A DNA stretch of 64,000 nt from Selaginella moellendorffii (GCF_000143415.4 NW_003314264.1:2055710-2119709); one strand, 5' to 3'. Counted from the first letter of the stretch, positions 1-12,524 are shown. Translations and numbers: made by a program. The notes: generated by a model not told the origin, from the sequence alone.

Positions 1-368
1 AGATGGACCCGAGATAGAGTCTGAGATGGACCCAAGATGGAGTCCGAGATGGACCCGAGATGGAGTTCGAGATGAGACCCAAGATGGAGTCCGAAGTGAA
101 CCGAGATGGAGTCCGAGATGGACCCAAGATGGAGTCTGAGATGGACCGAGATGGAATCCAAGATGGACCCAAGATGGAACCTAAGATGGAGTACGAGAAG
201 GACCCGAGATGGAGTCTGAAGTCAAGACCGAGACCGAGACTGGGACCGAGACTGAGACCAAGACTGGGATCGAGACCGAGACTGAGGCCGAGGCTGAGGC
301 CAAGACCGAGCCCGAGTCCAAGTCCGAGTCCGAGTTCGAGTCCGAGTCCGAGTCCAAGTCCGAGTCTA
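1..368 (+). repeat. LTR-internal tandem array (12-mer GAGATGGAGTCC/GAGATGGACCC, then 6-mers GAGACC/GAGTCC)
   Basis: Periodicity is directly visible. The same array occurs in every A LTR. Confidence 0.9.
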
Positions 369-1354
369 AGAGGGTGAAAGCCCAAAGCGTTTGTCTCCCA
401 GACCCTAGGGGGTTTGGTGAGCTCCAAAAGTATAATAGGGGGAGGACTGCAGTGGAGCCAGTTTGGCCAGGAAAGGCCAGTTTGGCCCAGGAAGGCCAGA
501 CCCAATGTTGGGTGATGGGATAACCACTGGGAAGTCCAAGGCTAGAGTGAATACAGACCGACAGACGGGGTAACTTGGTGAAGTATTCAAGAGCCAGCTC
601 TAGTTCCCCCGGGAGATAGAATGGCCGATGCTCCCAATCCAAGTGTGGGTGGCATTACCTACTTGGATACCTAGCGTGGCTTAACGAAACTTCACTCTAA
701 GCCCATAGCTAGAGCACCTAAAAGCAGAAGGTGGGGAGAGTACCCATAAGGCTCATGTAGGGCCACGGTGTTCTGAAATGTTGTCCCGAGGTCCCAAACT
801 AGGGAAAGGAGGAGGAGCAATCCTCTAATGTAGTGACTAAGGATACAGCCACATGGTGAGGAAGTCCCAGAGGATGATGGGACTTAGTGGCCAAGCTTGC
901 GGGCTTTGATCTAGTCGAACATGGCCATAGACAGAAAAGAGACTTAGTAGGAACTGACAAAGGGATATTGGGGAAGGCTATTCCCCATGTCTGTGGGCAT
1001 CCTAAGGATGCTAAGGAGTGGATCTGAGATGACCACTTGTGGATGGATTGCCCAGTTTTGGAGAGATAAGATTGTGATGCAAGTGGTATTGGACCACCAG
1101 TGTGGCAAAGGTGAATGAGTATGGCCTTAGCATAACGGGCCGATATCTCAGTGGTACCTTTGGGTGTCGGTCATGGGATCGGACACATGGAGCACTTGGG
1201 CCAAGTGCAAATATTGAGTATCAGGGATGCCATTCTCGGGGATAACACGCCCAAGTCCGGAATAGGACTTATGGAGGTTGTGACTGAGACTCCTCCAAGT
1301 GGTCAGAGGTGCGGTTAAATGATTAAAGTAGAATGAAAAAGTTAGTCACTTATA
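1..1354 (+). mobile_element. Family-A LTR, cut by the window start (solo or 3' LTR)
   Basis: Collinear with A LTRs at 9069-18214 and 30103-31917. Ends ...gttagtcacttata (decayed GCTTACA). No PBS follows. Confidence 0.85.
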
Positions 1355-1445
1355 GTACCTTTTAGTGGAGACTAAAGTAGGACCAAACAAGATCAAATAA
1401 ACTAAAGTAAAGTTAGTTGTAAGCTCTTGAGTTTGACTTCCCGGG

Positions 1446-4400
1446 TGTCGCAAATGTGACTTCAGGTATCGAAAGTTACCTGTCAGCTAGTCCTTACGGA
1501 CACTCTTACCTTACTGCCACAATGGCAGGAGGTCGGTATTGCTAGTTCCCTTTATTAGCCCCTCTTATTCAAGTGTTAGTTTACTGGGCTTAGCACCTGT
1601 ACTTAGCTAGATGGACATAAGGTAGGAACTCCTACGTGTTATTAGCTAAGCATACTTAGCCCGGTAAGGAGTTCCCGTCTCATTATGTCTTGCACTGGCT
1701 AGTGACAAGAACCCTCGTGTATTGAGATTGGTCCCTTAATATCGCTGGATGATAGCTTACCGTGTCTGCCAAACACCCTCACTATCATGCCCTTTGTGTT
1801 AGTCTCATTTCGGTCCCAAATGCTATTCATTGAAAGTGTCTAGATTCGCTCATTTGGCATATCTACAGAATGTAGAGATCGGCCTGAACACAATGGTGTT
1901 CGTCCCGTGTCCAAATTCGCAATCTAGGAACATTCCATATTTAGTAAGTTTCGAGCTTGTCCCAGAGACTAACTCCTGATACTAAGGGAGGCTTGGGGTG
2001 AAAGCCCAAAGCGTGTGTTCCTCAAAGGGCGGGGGGGGGGGGCTATGGGGGGTTCCAAATGTATAGTAGGGATAGTGGGTAGGTCGGGCATGGCCGACCA
2101 ACCTGAGGCATAGTCTAGCTCCCGCTTGCGTGCCTGTCCTTGTTCTGCGTCCAGCTTGGGTCTAAGCCCAAGTTCCATTCCATGCTAGCTAGTGGAGTAC
2201 CCATGTCCTCACGTTAGGCCACCGGTATGCCGAAATAGCGCCAGACTCCGTTTGGCTCCGTTTTACGTGCTGGTCCTGGCATTAGGATGTTGGTTGCTCC
2301 AGGACTGTTCCAAGTCGCTCTAGGCTCCTGTCCCTTCGCTCCTTGGGCTGTATGCTCGAGAGTTGCTCTGTGGTTCGGTTCCGTCACTCCTTGGCTCCAA
2401 GTTTGGGAGTTTGGCACCGTCCCTTTGTTCAGTGGCCCAAAGTCTTGAAACTCGGGTTTCGCACCACTATCCTTTGGACACGTGGCATGTGACATGTGGC
2501 ATCTGTCACGTGGCACAAAGAGGGTTTAGGTTCCGCTTCATGGTATGGTAAATCACCATAGGATAAAGGGTAAAAACCATGTGCACTACATTTGGTATCA
2601 GAGAATGAGTCTCGGCTAGTACTATCCAATGAGATTGGGCAACTAGTCTCATTGCATACGCAGAGATGAAAACGATGATCTGAGTGGGTACACGTTTGGG
2701 TGCAAAGGGTTTGCAATTGGTTCCTTGGGTATGGATATTATTACCTTGTTGTACCCTATGATGTGAGTTTGCGCTTGGGCTCATAGGATGGTTTGGAGAT
2801 GTTCCGTTTGCATGAGTTTGAGCTTGGGTTCGTGAGTGAGGCGCATTAGCAACTCGAGGTTACATTTTGAGTTGGCAAGATTAATGTTAGCCTATCGGTG
2901 GTTCCATGAGTTGTTCCTTGTACCATGGGTGAAAGCAAACCTTCCTTGGTTTGCTATGAGTGGCAAATAGGCTGGTCTGTAGCTTTTTAGCATAGCACTA
3001 GTGGATCCTTCCTAGGCATGATTATGAGTGGATCAATCAAGACTATAGGGATTAGTCTATTGGTTCAAGTAATCATTGCCGTGCTCTCTCATAAACTTTT
3101 CTTGGATTGAACTGAAGGCAGTGCGAACTCAAGCTTAAGGTTTAGTCAAGATGAAACCGAAAAGAGAGTTCTTAGGGACGAAGGATCAAACACGTAAATC
3201 ATTTTCTCTTCTTGGAGAAATAATTTGCAATGGAGTGTGACTCATTGCTCGTGTTCACGGTATGCAATCAAGAGTCCCTATCTTGATGCATATTGGACGT
3301 GATGGTCTTACAAGTGGTGAGTCGTGGGATGGATAGTAGTGAAGCGTTATACCATTTTGTCGAGGCTTGCTATTGTAAGACTTGGGTTGTAATGCTCAAT
3401 TCTTTTCCGGGGAACCTTGCTATTGCTCCTTGAGTAGCTTGGTGTTGGATTATTTTTGAGTTTGGTCGGAAAGAGAGTGGCATGAGCTTGACTGTTGTGA
3501 ACAAAAGTTAGTGGTGTTTAGTGTTGTAAATCTCTATTGGTGGAGTGTGGCATTTATGTTGCATTTTGTCGAATCGAGTTGACACTTGATACTCATATAA
3601 ACTTTTGAAGTAATTATATAGGCATTGCTCGTGGTGTTGCTCAATTGATGATCAAGTCATTGTGATGCTTATATCATATCCATGTGATAATGAGTAATGC
3701 ATTTACAAAGTTGCTTGGTTAAATGATGATCAACCCCAAGGTGGTTGATGGTGAAGCTAGTCTACTTGCATATAGTAGCATTGTAGTAGCCTTGACTAGA
3801 TTCTTGTTGGTTGTTCATTATGCTAAGCTTAAGTTGGTACCTTGTTTCCTTGAGTTTGCTCATAAGGTGTTGGAAAAGAGTTGTAGCATTCATTTTCTAT
3901 AGCTCGTCAATTGATCTGTTAGCACTTGGAATAGATTGTTAGATGGAGAAAATGTGTAATTGGGGCATTGACATCACTAGTACTTGTGCTAGTGGAGATG
4001 ACATTGTTATGTTGAGTGACAAGGAGCTTTTTCTTAAGCTTGATTTTTCATGTCATTTTTCTTGTTAGTGTTTTGGCTTCACATTGGATCTTAAAGGTGA
4101 TTGAAGAAGAGTGTTAGTGCAATATAGATATCCGAAGATGTGGTCTTTGTGATCAAGCCTTGGATGTTCATTTTGCGCTTTGCAGATGTCGGTGTTGGAT
4201 GTCGGAAAAATGGGCAAAAATGTTCGATGCTTAAGCATATTGTTGGATCATGAGAATTTGTGTCGAGGTGAACCTATGTGAAGTTGTTTGTAGGAGGAAG
4301 TTGGTTAAGTCTTGAAAGTTTGCAATCCTAGATTGAGAGTCATTCTTTCTCTAGGATGGAAATTTTCCACAAATTTTCTTAAACTTCTCCAATGGCTGAT

Positions 4401-7400
4401 CTGTTGATCACTTTGCCGAAAACCATTCTGTTTTCGGAAGCCAGTACAAACTAGTGAAGGGGTTGGAGTTGATTTCGGTTAGCTTAGACCTTGGTAAATA
4501 GTTTGTATGATGCGACCCGAAAGGGATGCTGACTTTTGGGGTTAAGGCAATTGAGTTGGATAGAGTCTGGAGTTGGTGTAGAAAAGTGGCCATTGCACTT
4601 TTCTAAGAAAGGTGACCTTTGTGCCTTTCTTTTGTAGTGTTGTGCTTGGTGGTAGGTTTCACCTTGCATTTCATTAGACTCTATAAGAGTAGTGAGCTCT
4701 CACTGATCTTGACTTGGTCTTGGTGGCCCTGTGCCTTGGCTAAGGATGGTGATGTCCAACTTAGTTGTTTGAGGTTGAGATGTTGGTACCCATACTATAG
4801 CTTTGTCAATAAGGAGGTTGTGTACCGACATGAGTCTATCTCATGGTCTTCACTTTAGTTTTGACTGAGTGTTGATCGCATAGCTAGCCTATTCAAGGCA
4901 TGCTCAGAGCTAGTGGCTAAATGTTTTAGTAAGTTTATTACGGTTGAATTGGATTCGAGTGGTCATTTAGTTTGTGCTTGTTTATGAACTTTTATCTCAT
5001 ACCTGGGGTATCACGTTCATGTTGGACAAGTATATAACTTGATGATAAGAGTTGGTGTTTGGGTCTTGTGACGGCAAGTTGAAGAGTGATTATTGGTTAC
5101 TTTGCGACTAGTGGTTACTTATAGACTTCGTCAAGGACTGTTGACACTTGCTTTGCTCGATGATGATTTAGCAGTGATGGGCTTGCTTTACTAGATGGTG
5201 TTGTGGAGGATCATGTCGTTAGACTTACATAGTTTTTCCAAGTTGACATGTCGACTCTACCTCTATCGATATCATTTGGTTACATTTAGTCCGTAGTGTT
5301 GGATTTCATTAAGTCTTGGACGTGGTGAATCACTCCATGATGATCTGTTCTCTGTTACTGAGTATTGTTAGAGGATTGGTCTCGGATACTAAGTAAAGTA
5401 TCTTTGACCTTGGTTAGCTTAGTTGCTAGGAAGTTTTGAGTGATGATTCACTCGTGCTTTCTTCTAGCTTTGTTATGGTGTTGATGGCATTGAAGTGATG
5501 CCTTATCGTTGATATTATTGATGTTGAGATTTGAGTGAAATGAAATGTCTCTCTGATGATTGATATTGAGTTTCATTGGTCTTGATAAAGATAGTGTTGA
5601 TGATTTGGCTTTAGCTTTGTATTGTTGGCATTCGTGCATTTGCTAGTTAGCAACTGTATTAACGTTTAAATGAACTAAGTGGCAAGTTTGAGTTAGTTGT
5701 GTTCTAGACGAGCTTGTTTAGTAGAGGTTGTGCTTTAGCTTTTCCTTGAAAAGTGATTTAGTCATGGACTAAGCTAACTTTACAAAAATAAGAGTTAGTG
5801 ATTAATATTAAAATGTTGAGTCCTTATTGGATTTGAGTTTGGGATATATCGATCATTGATGATTCTCTTTGTGCTTGTTATGAAGTGAGTTACGTCTTGC
5901 TGTAGATGGATTCATGGAGGATTGTTTAGTGATCACTTGTTGAGCATCGCTTTATTATGCTTAGCTTTTGGATTGATGCAAATATGCTCTTCATTAGCTT
6001 TGGAATTATGAAGTTTAGTTTATGGATGTGTTGAGGACGATATTATGGGTTGCACCATGATTTCTTCTTTAGCATTGAAGTTAGCTTTTATGAGACTCGT
6101 GATTATTAGTAGGCAAGACTTGGCTATAGGCTTCTTCGAGCTTTTGGTTCCTTGAGTTTTGTGCTCATTGTTCCATTTGTTAGAAGTTGTTGGGGAAGGC
6201 ATTTTGTCTCATTAGCTTCGATGTTGAAGTTGGCTTTTGCATCTAGCCATCATTGGTGATGATTGACTATCATTTAGGATAGTTGATTATCCTTGTCGAA
6301 GGTTTTGCTTGATTATTATTGATCTAGAATGATTTGCCATTTTTCGGGATGGTGGATTCTTTCTTCGATGACGATTATGCATTTCTCTATTGATGGGATG
6401 ATTGATGATCTTTCATGATGATTAATTGTTTTCTTTGATGGCTAATGGCTTTTTGCAATACCACATGTTCTTTGTGGTTTGCTCTAGATTGGTCTCTTGG
6501 GTTTGAGACATCGATAGGACGTTGCTGACACTTACTTAAGCAACTCTGGTTCCTTGGTATTATTGACCGGGATCTATTTAGATTAACTTATGCGATGGTT
6601 GGCATGACTAAGTGTTTGTTGGTCTTACCACATTCATTCTGTTTTGTTGATTGTTGCTCGAGTTAGTCCTGATAGATTAGGATGTTGTTTCCTTCGGGTG
6701 ATACATTCGTGAGCATTTTTCTTACCCATCAATGATACTCAGTGTTCTTTATCTTTCGTAAGTTGTTTAGCATACTATCTACAATCTTCGGTGGTTAAGT
6801 TTTATCATTAAGTTTCCTTGATGATATCCTTGCTATTGAATTTTGTAGATGGTAAATCCTATGTTTTCTAATGCTAGTGAGCTTGGTGGTTCCTATCCTG
6901 TAATACTAGTTTATCGGATGATAACTTACTTGGAATACTTTTGTGTTCTAATCTAAGCTTTATTCACTGATAATTCAATCTCTAAGATATCATTGTCTAT
7001 GACTTTGATATTGTCCATCTATTAATCTTTGAGTTTGGGCGAGTATAGGCAGACTGGCTTCGGCACTTCGTGTGCATGCTGAAATCTCTAGTCATGGGGT
7101 AGCTATTGTCGACTGGTCACATAACCCGCCTCTCTGTCGATGTTCCTTCTTCGTTGAAAGGGCGTGACCGTGTAAACAACTCTCACTACCTGTTTATAGT
7201 AGTCTATCTAAACCTTACCGACGGGTTTGGTTTCTTTGCTCAGGAGGGTTGGGGCCTTTAGCTTCTCTCTCTATGTTCTTGCGGGTAGGGGCATATCACA
7301 CTTTTGTAAGCTGGGTGACTCCCAGAGCAGCAAGGGTGGCTGACTCCGTTAGTCATTTCCTTGTCAGCAACGGCCGGAAGGTGTCTGAATTGGTAGCGCA

Positions 7401-8180
7401 TCCGCATTAGACAAAGAAGTTGGCCCATAACTCATTTAAGTTGGTGCATTTCTCACATAGTGTGAATTCTGTGAACTTTTTCTGGAGTTGTTTCCTTAGT
7501 GGTATTCTAGACTCAAGTGTGCATCGACGAGAACGTCGATCTTCCCTAGGGGGGGAGAGTGTCGCAAATGTGACATCGGGTATCAAAAGTTACCTGTCAG
7601 CTAGTCCTTACAGACACTCTTACCTTACTGCCACGATGGCAGGAGGTTGGTATTGCTAGTTCCCTTTATTAGCCCCTCTTGTTCAAGTGTTAGTTTACTA
7701 AGCTTAGCACCTGTACTTAGCCAGATGGACATAAGGTAGGAACTCCTACGTGTTATTAGCTAAGTATACTTAGCCCGGTAAGGAGTACCCATGTCCTCAC
7801 GTTAGGCCACCGGTATGCCGAAATAGCGCCAGACTCCGTTTGGCTCCGTTTTACGTGCTGGTCCTGGCATTAGGATGTTGGTTGCTCCAGGACTGTTCCA
7901 AGTCGCTCTGGGCTCCTGTCCCTTCGCTCCTTGGGCTGTATGCTCGAGAGTTGCTCCGTGGTTCGGTTCCGTCACTCCTTGGCTCCAAGTTTGGGAGTTT
8001 GGCACCGTCCCTTCGTTCAGTGGCCCAAAGCCCTGAAACTCGGGTTCCGCACCACTGTCCTTTGGACACGTAGCATGTGACACGTGGCATCTGTCACGTG
8101 GCACAAAGAAGGTTCCGCTTCGTGGTGTTATCCTATGGTAAATCACCATAGGATAAAGGGTAAAAACCACGTGCACTACA
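1446..8180 (+). mobile_element. Full-length but coding-dead LTR retroelement C1 (superfamily not assignable; 3' end looks gypsy-like)
   Basis: LTRs 1446-2590 and 7560-8180 (TGTCGC...CACTACA). Perfect TSD CCGGG at 1441-1445 and 8181-8185. PBS TGGTATCAGAG at 2593-2603. PPT AGGGGGGGAGAG at 7548-7559. The 5-kb interior has no long ORF. Confidence 0.9.
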
Positions 8181-9299
8181 CCGGGAGAGTATTATGCAAA
8201 CCTAAAGACATTTAACCCCAAATATCCTAAGACCCTTAACCAATTGGTAAAAGAGGTGCACTCTTGTTCATGCGCACTTTCCCTCTATTATTGAACCCTT
8301 ATAGATCGCTTTTCAAATTGTTCTCTTTGGTTGCTTACAATCCACTATGCTTCCCTGCAAGTTCACACCTTCATGAACGGCCTCAGCTCTCTTGAGAGCC
8401 TTACTATACTGCACCTTATCTCTCTCCCCTTAAGCCCATTGGAAAAGGGGCAATTCTTTAATAAGAGAGCCCTTAGTGGCACCCTTTATCCTATGGTGAT
8501 TTACCATAGGATAGCACCACAAAGTGGAAAATAAACCTTCTTTGTGCCATGTGACAGATGCCACATGTCACATGCCATGTGTCCAAAGGACAGTGGTGTA
8601 GAACTCGAGTTTCAGGGCCTTGGGCCACTGAATGAAGGAACAGAGCCAAACTCTCAAGCATGGAGCCAGGGAGTGACGGAACCGAACCATGGAGCAACTC
8701 CCAAGCATATCACCTAAAGAGCGAAGGGACAGGAGCACGGAGTGACTTGGAACAGTCCTAGAGTGACCAGCATCCCAATGCCAGGACTAGCATGCAAAAC
8801 GGAGCTAAATAGAGTCTGGTGCTATTTCGGCATACCGGTGGCCTAACACGAGGACATGAGTACTCCACCAGCTAGCATGGAATGGAACTTGGGCTTAGAC
8901 CCAAGCTGGACGCAAAACAAGGACAGGCACATAAGCGGGAGCTAGACTATGCCTCAGGTTGGTCGGCCATGCCCGACCTACCCACTATCCCTACTATACA
9001 TTTGGAACCCCTCATAGCCACCCCGCCCCAAGCCTCCCTTAGTATCAGGAGTTAGTCTCTGGGACAAATGTGAGACACAAAATCCCTAGGCCCCAAAGTG
9101 GATCCGGAAGGGCGCCACGTGGTAGTGGCCGATGCAAAAGCCAAACGAGCATAACACGTTTGGAGTAAAAGCTCCGACTTGATAGGTCAAGAGTGGGAGT
9201 GGAACTCCCAACAAAGTGCTCGAGGAACAAGCACGAAGCGAGCAATAAGCGAGGCTCCAAAAAGGGACCCAAAAGGACCAACACATGACACGTGGAAGT

Positions 9300-9697
9300 G
9301 TCTGAGATGGAGTCTGAGATGGACCGAGATGGAGTTCGAGATGGAGTCCAAGGTGGACCGAGACGGAGTCCGAGGTGGAGTCCGAGATGGACCGAGATGG
9401 AGTCCGAGATGGAGTCCGAGGTGGATTCCGAGATGGAGTCCGAGATGGAGTTCGAGGTGGAGTCCGAGATGGAGTCCGAGATGGAGTCTGAGGTGGACCG
9501 AGACGGAGTCCGAGATGGAGTCCGAGATGGACCGAGACGGAGTCCGAGATGGAGTCAGAGAAGGACCCGAGATGGAGTCCGAGGTCGAGACCGAGACCGG
9601 GACCGAGACCGAGACTGAGACCGAGGCCGAGGCCGAGGCTGAGACCGAGGCTGAGACCAAGCCCGAGTCCGAGCCCGAGTCCGAGTCCGAGTCTGAG
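9300..9697 (+). repeat. 12-mer/6-mer tandem array in the A1 5' LTR
   Basis: GAGATGGAGTCC units followed by GAGACC/GAGTCC units. Confidence 0.9.
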
Positions 9698-11299
9698 AGG
9701 GTGAAAGCCCAAAGCGTTTGTCTCCCAGACCCTGGGGGGTTTGGTGAGCTCCAAAAGTATAGTGAGGGGGAGGACTGCAGTGGAGCCAGTTTGGCCAGGA
9801 AAGGCCAGTTTGGCCCAAGAAGGCCAGACCCAGTGTTGGGTGATGAACTGACCACTGGGAAGTCCAAGACTAGAGTGAATATGGACCAACAAGCGGGGTA
9901 GCTTGGTGAAGTGTTCAAGAGCCAGCTCTAGTTCCCCCGGGAGATCGACTGGCCAATGCTCCCAGTCCAAGTGTGGGTGGCACTACCTACTTGGATACCA
10001 GGCGTGGCTCAACGGAACCTCGCTCTAAGCCCATGGCTAGAGCACCTAAAGGCGGAAGGCAGGAGAGTACCCATGTGTAAGCCACAAATTTTTCCTTTTC
10101 AATTTGCCAGCTTACCTCGCCTATCCGACCAACTCTGCCTTGGCTTGTGCTAAGTTCCCTCGCCAAGGTTCTCGCCTATGGTGCCAGCTCCTACTTGGTT
10201 TCAGCTACTTACTGCATGAGCAACGGAGTGTTAGCCATCCATCTACGGATTCCCAAATCTTTCCCAATCCCCCTCCCCGGGTTAGATTGGACTTAAGGTT
10301 CGGCTACACTCCCCGCAGGCACAAACAGCTAAGCACACCAAGCCTCCAGATTCCTAACACCCCAAGGTACCACAAGGCTTGATCATGGGACCCTCTAAAT
10401 CCCAAGCCTTGGGTGCAGCACTTGCTTCGGGACGTCGGGGCGAAACACCGTGGCCTAACGGCCCGGTATGGGTACCTCTACCCCCCCACTTTCATCCCGA
10501 AGGGAAGGCCCAAGCCCCCGGAAGGGCGAGGACCAATGAGCCACAAGGTACTCAAGTGGGGCACCACTCCACCTGAGCCGGGAACACCGCAGTCGGTTTC
10601 CCTTTCGGGAGTGGGAGCTGCTCTTGAGCACTTCCTTGGATGGCCCCTCCGGCACCAGCCAAGTCCATGCTCACTCCCACCCAAGGCCCCTCGGTCCCAG
10701 TCCCAACCTCAAGTCGGTTTGGAAGCCCAACTGGAGAGTCCCTTCTAAACTGGTTCCTGGACCTCACTATCCCTACTATACTTTTGGAACCCCCTGCAGC
10801 CCCCCCCCCCTGGGAGACACACGCTTTGGGCTTTCACCCCTTGACCCGTATTAGTATTTGGACTTAGTCTCTGGCTCGATCTCAGACCCGATTTCGGATC
10901 CGACTTCGGATTTGGTTTCGGACTCGATCTCGGACTCGATCTCGGACCCGATCTCGGGTCTGACCTCGGACTCGATCTCGGACTCGGTCTCGGACCCGAT
11001 TTCGGATCTCGGACTCCGTCTCGAACTCGGTCTCGAACTCGGACTCGAACTCGGTCCCCGAGTCGGTCTTGGACTCGATTCCGGACCCTATCTCGAACTC
11101 GGTCCTAGAGTCGGTCTTGGACTCGATCCTCGACTTGGTCCCATCCGATGAACTCTTTGTCATTTCGGTCAAGCTTTTGGGGATCCTTTAGCCTACGACA
11201 TCTCGGGGAGTCGGTTCTTTACAACTCCACCACCCATAGAAGAAGTTCGATGCCCACATCGAACGTCTCGTTTTATCCTACGACTTGTTGACCATGTCT

Positions 11300-11540
11300 C
11301 CGAGGGCATCCCCCCACTTAACGGTATGCCTAAGTTAGCCTCCCCGGCCAAGAGCCCATGACAACGGAATATAGGTGTCCCTATACTCCTCACCTCACCA
11401 CGCCCTAGTATGGGGTCGGGACTTGAACCCAGCCTTGCTTTACTAGGGGGTTGGGACTCGAACCCAACCTCCGTAGAATACGTCTACGGATTCGACATCC
11501 CCGCGGGGAGTCGGGCGTAGTGCCCTACGCCTGGTCGACC
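11300..11540 (-). ncRNA. Putative structured cis-acting RNA element (multi-hairpin, two T-loop/B-box motifs) in the B1 3' UTR
   Basis: Hairpins GGCGTAG/CTACGCC, TCCGTAGA/TCTACGGA and GGTTGGG-TTCGAGT-CCCAACC. Homologous segments with compensatory changes occur in A1, A2 and B2. Confidence 0.55.
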
Positions 11541-12008
11541 TATCCAACCCATGCTAATTAGCTTACCTTTGGCGCGCCTTCGGGTCCCAACATATTGCAC
11601 TTGCTCAACTTTGCAAATTGATATTTTTAATTGAATTTTGCATAAGTACATAGAGTTCTGCCTTGCAGAAATTCCTCCACTAGTTCTCGAGCGTTCGCTA
11701 GGTTCTCCTCCGGTTCCCATGTTGCTTCGCAATGTGGAAATCCTTTCCACTTCACATGGAACTCTCTCACCTCGCGTCCTTGTCGCTTGCTCTTGCGCGC
11801 ATTGAGGATGGCCTCGACTTCGTATTCCTCTTCCCCTTGGATAACCTCAGGTAAAGGTCTCACTTGGTCCTTGCGAAGCGGATCCTCAAAATACGGCTTG
11901 AGTAAGTTCACGTGGAACACTGGGTGCATCTTCCCCATCTCTCGAGGAAGTCGGAGTCGGTAAGCCACTTTACCGATTCGTGCCTCAATTTCATAAGGCC
12001 CCGTGAAC

Positions 12009-12060
12009 CTGCTTAAGGAACTCAAGATCAATTCATTTACAGGAATACATGCATCTTTAC
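12009..12060 (-). other. Putative spliceosomal intron 2 in integrase (52 nt)
   Basis: AG|GTAAAG...TTAAGCAG|G. Removal gives ...RKLTQRFTGPY.... Confidence 0.85.
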
Positions 12061-12478
12061 CTTTGGGTCAACTTTCGGCTGATCCCACTTGGTAGTCTGA
12101 GGTTCTTGGTGTTCAGCCACACCTTCTCCCCAGCTTGGAACTCCACATCCCGACGCTTTTGGTTCGCGTACTTAGTTTGCCTTTGTTGAGCCCGTTCCAA
12201 GGAATCCCTCACTAGATTCCAAATGTTGAGTCTTTCCGCCGTGAATGCCTCCACTGCGGGTAACTCTCCATGATACTCGGCCACGCCGAGTTCCACAGGA
12301 CCTTCAATAGCTCGCCCATTGATGACTTCCCATGGACTCACCCCGATGCTTGCATGTGGTGAGTTGTTATAACACATTTCCGCAAGTCCCAAATGACTTA
12401 CCCAGTCGGTCTGGTCTCCCGAGACATAGCATTGCAATTAATCCTCCAGCTGCCTATTCACCCTTTCCGTTTGTCCGT

Positions 12479-12524
12479 CTGTCAAGAAGTGTTAGTGCCA
12501 ACAACTTGACTTAATACCTCATAC
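12479..12524 (-). other. Putative spliceosomal intron 1 in integrase (46 nt)
   Basis: G|GTATGA...CACTAAC...TTGACAG|AC. Removal gives the canonical ...HPQTDGQTE.... Confidence 0.85.

Noticed and set aside
2604-7547. Assigning copia or gypsy domains to the C1 interior
   Set aside because: No recognisable RT or integrase motifs survive in any listed ORF.
9086-9970. Long overlapping ORFs with MESE/RWSP/LGLH repeats (also at 60-642, 20441-21724, 26446-27540, 30076-31194)
   Set aside because: They arise from stop-poor 6/12-mer arrays inside LTRs, are open in several frames on both strands, and show no domain signal.
11560-11665. Possible third intron after the chromodomain (AT-rich GC...AG stretch, and a downstream AAG|GTAAGC)
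   Set aside because: No conserved protein motif is restored by removal and the acceptor is ambiguous.
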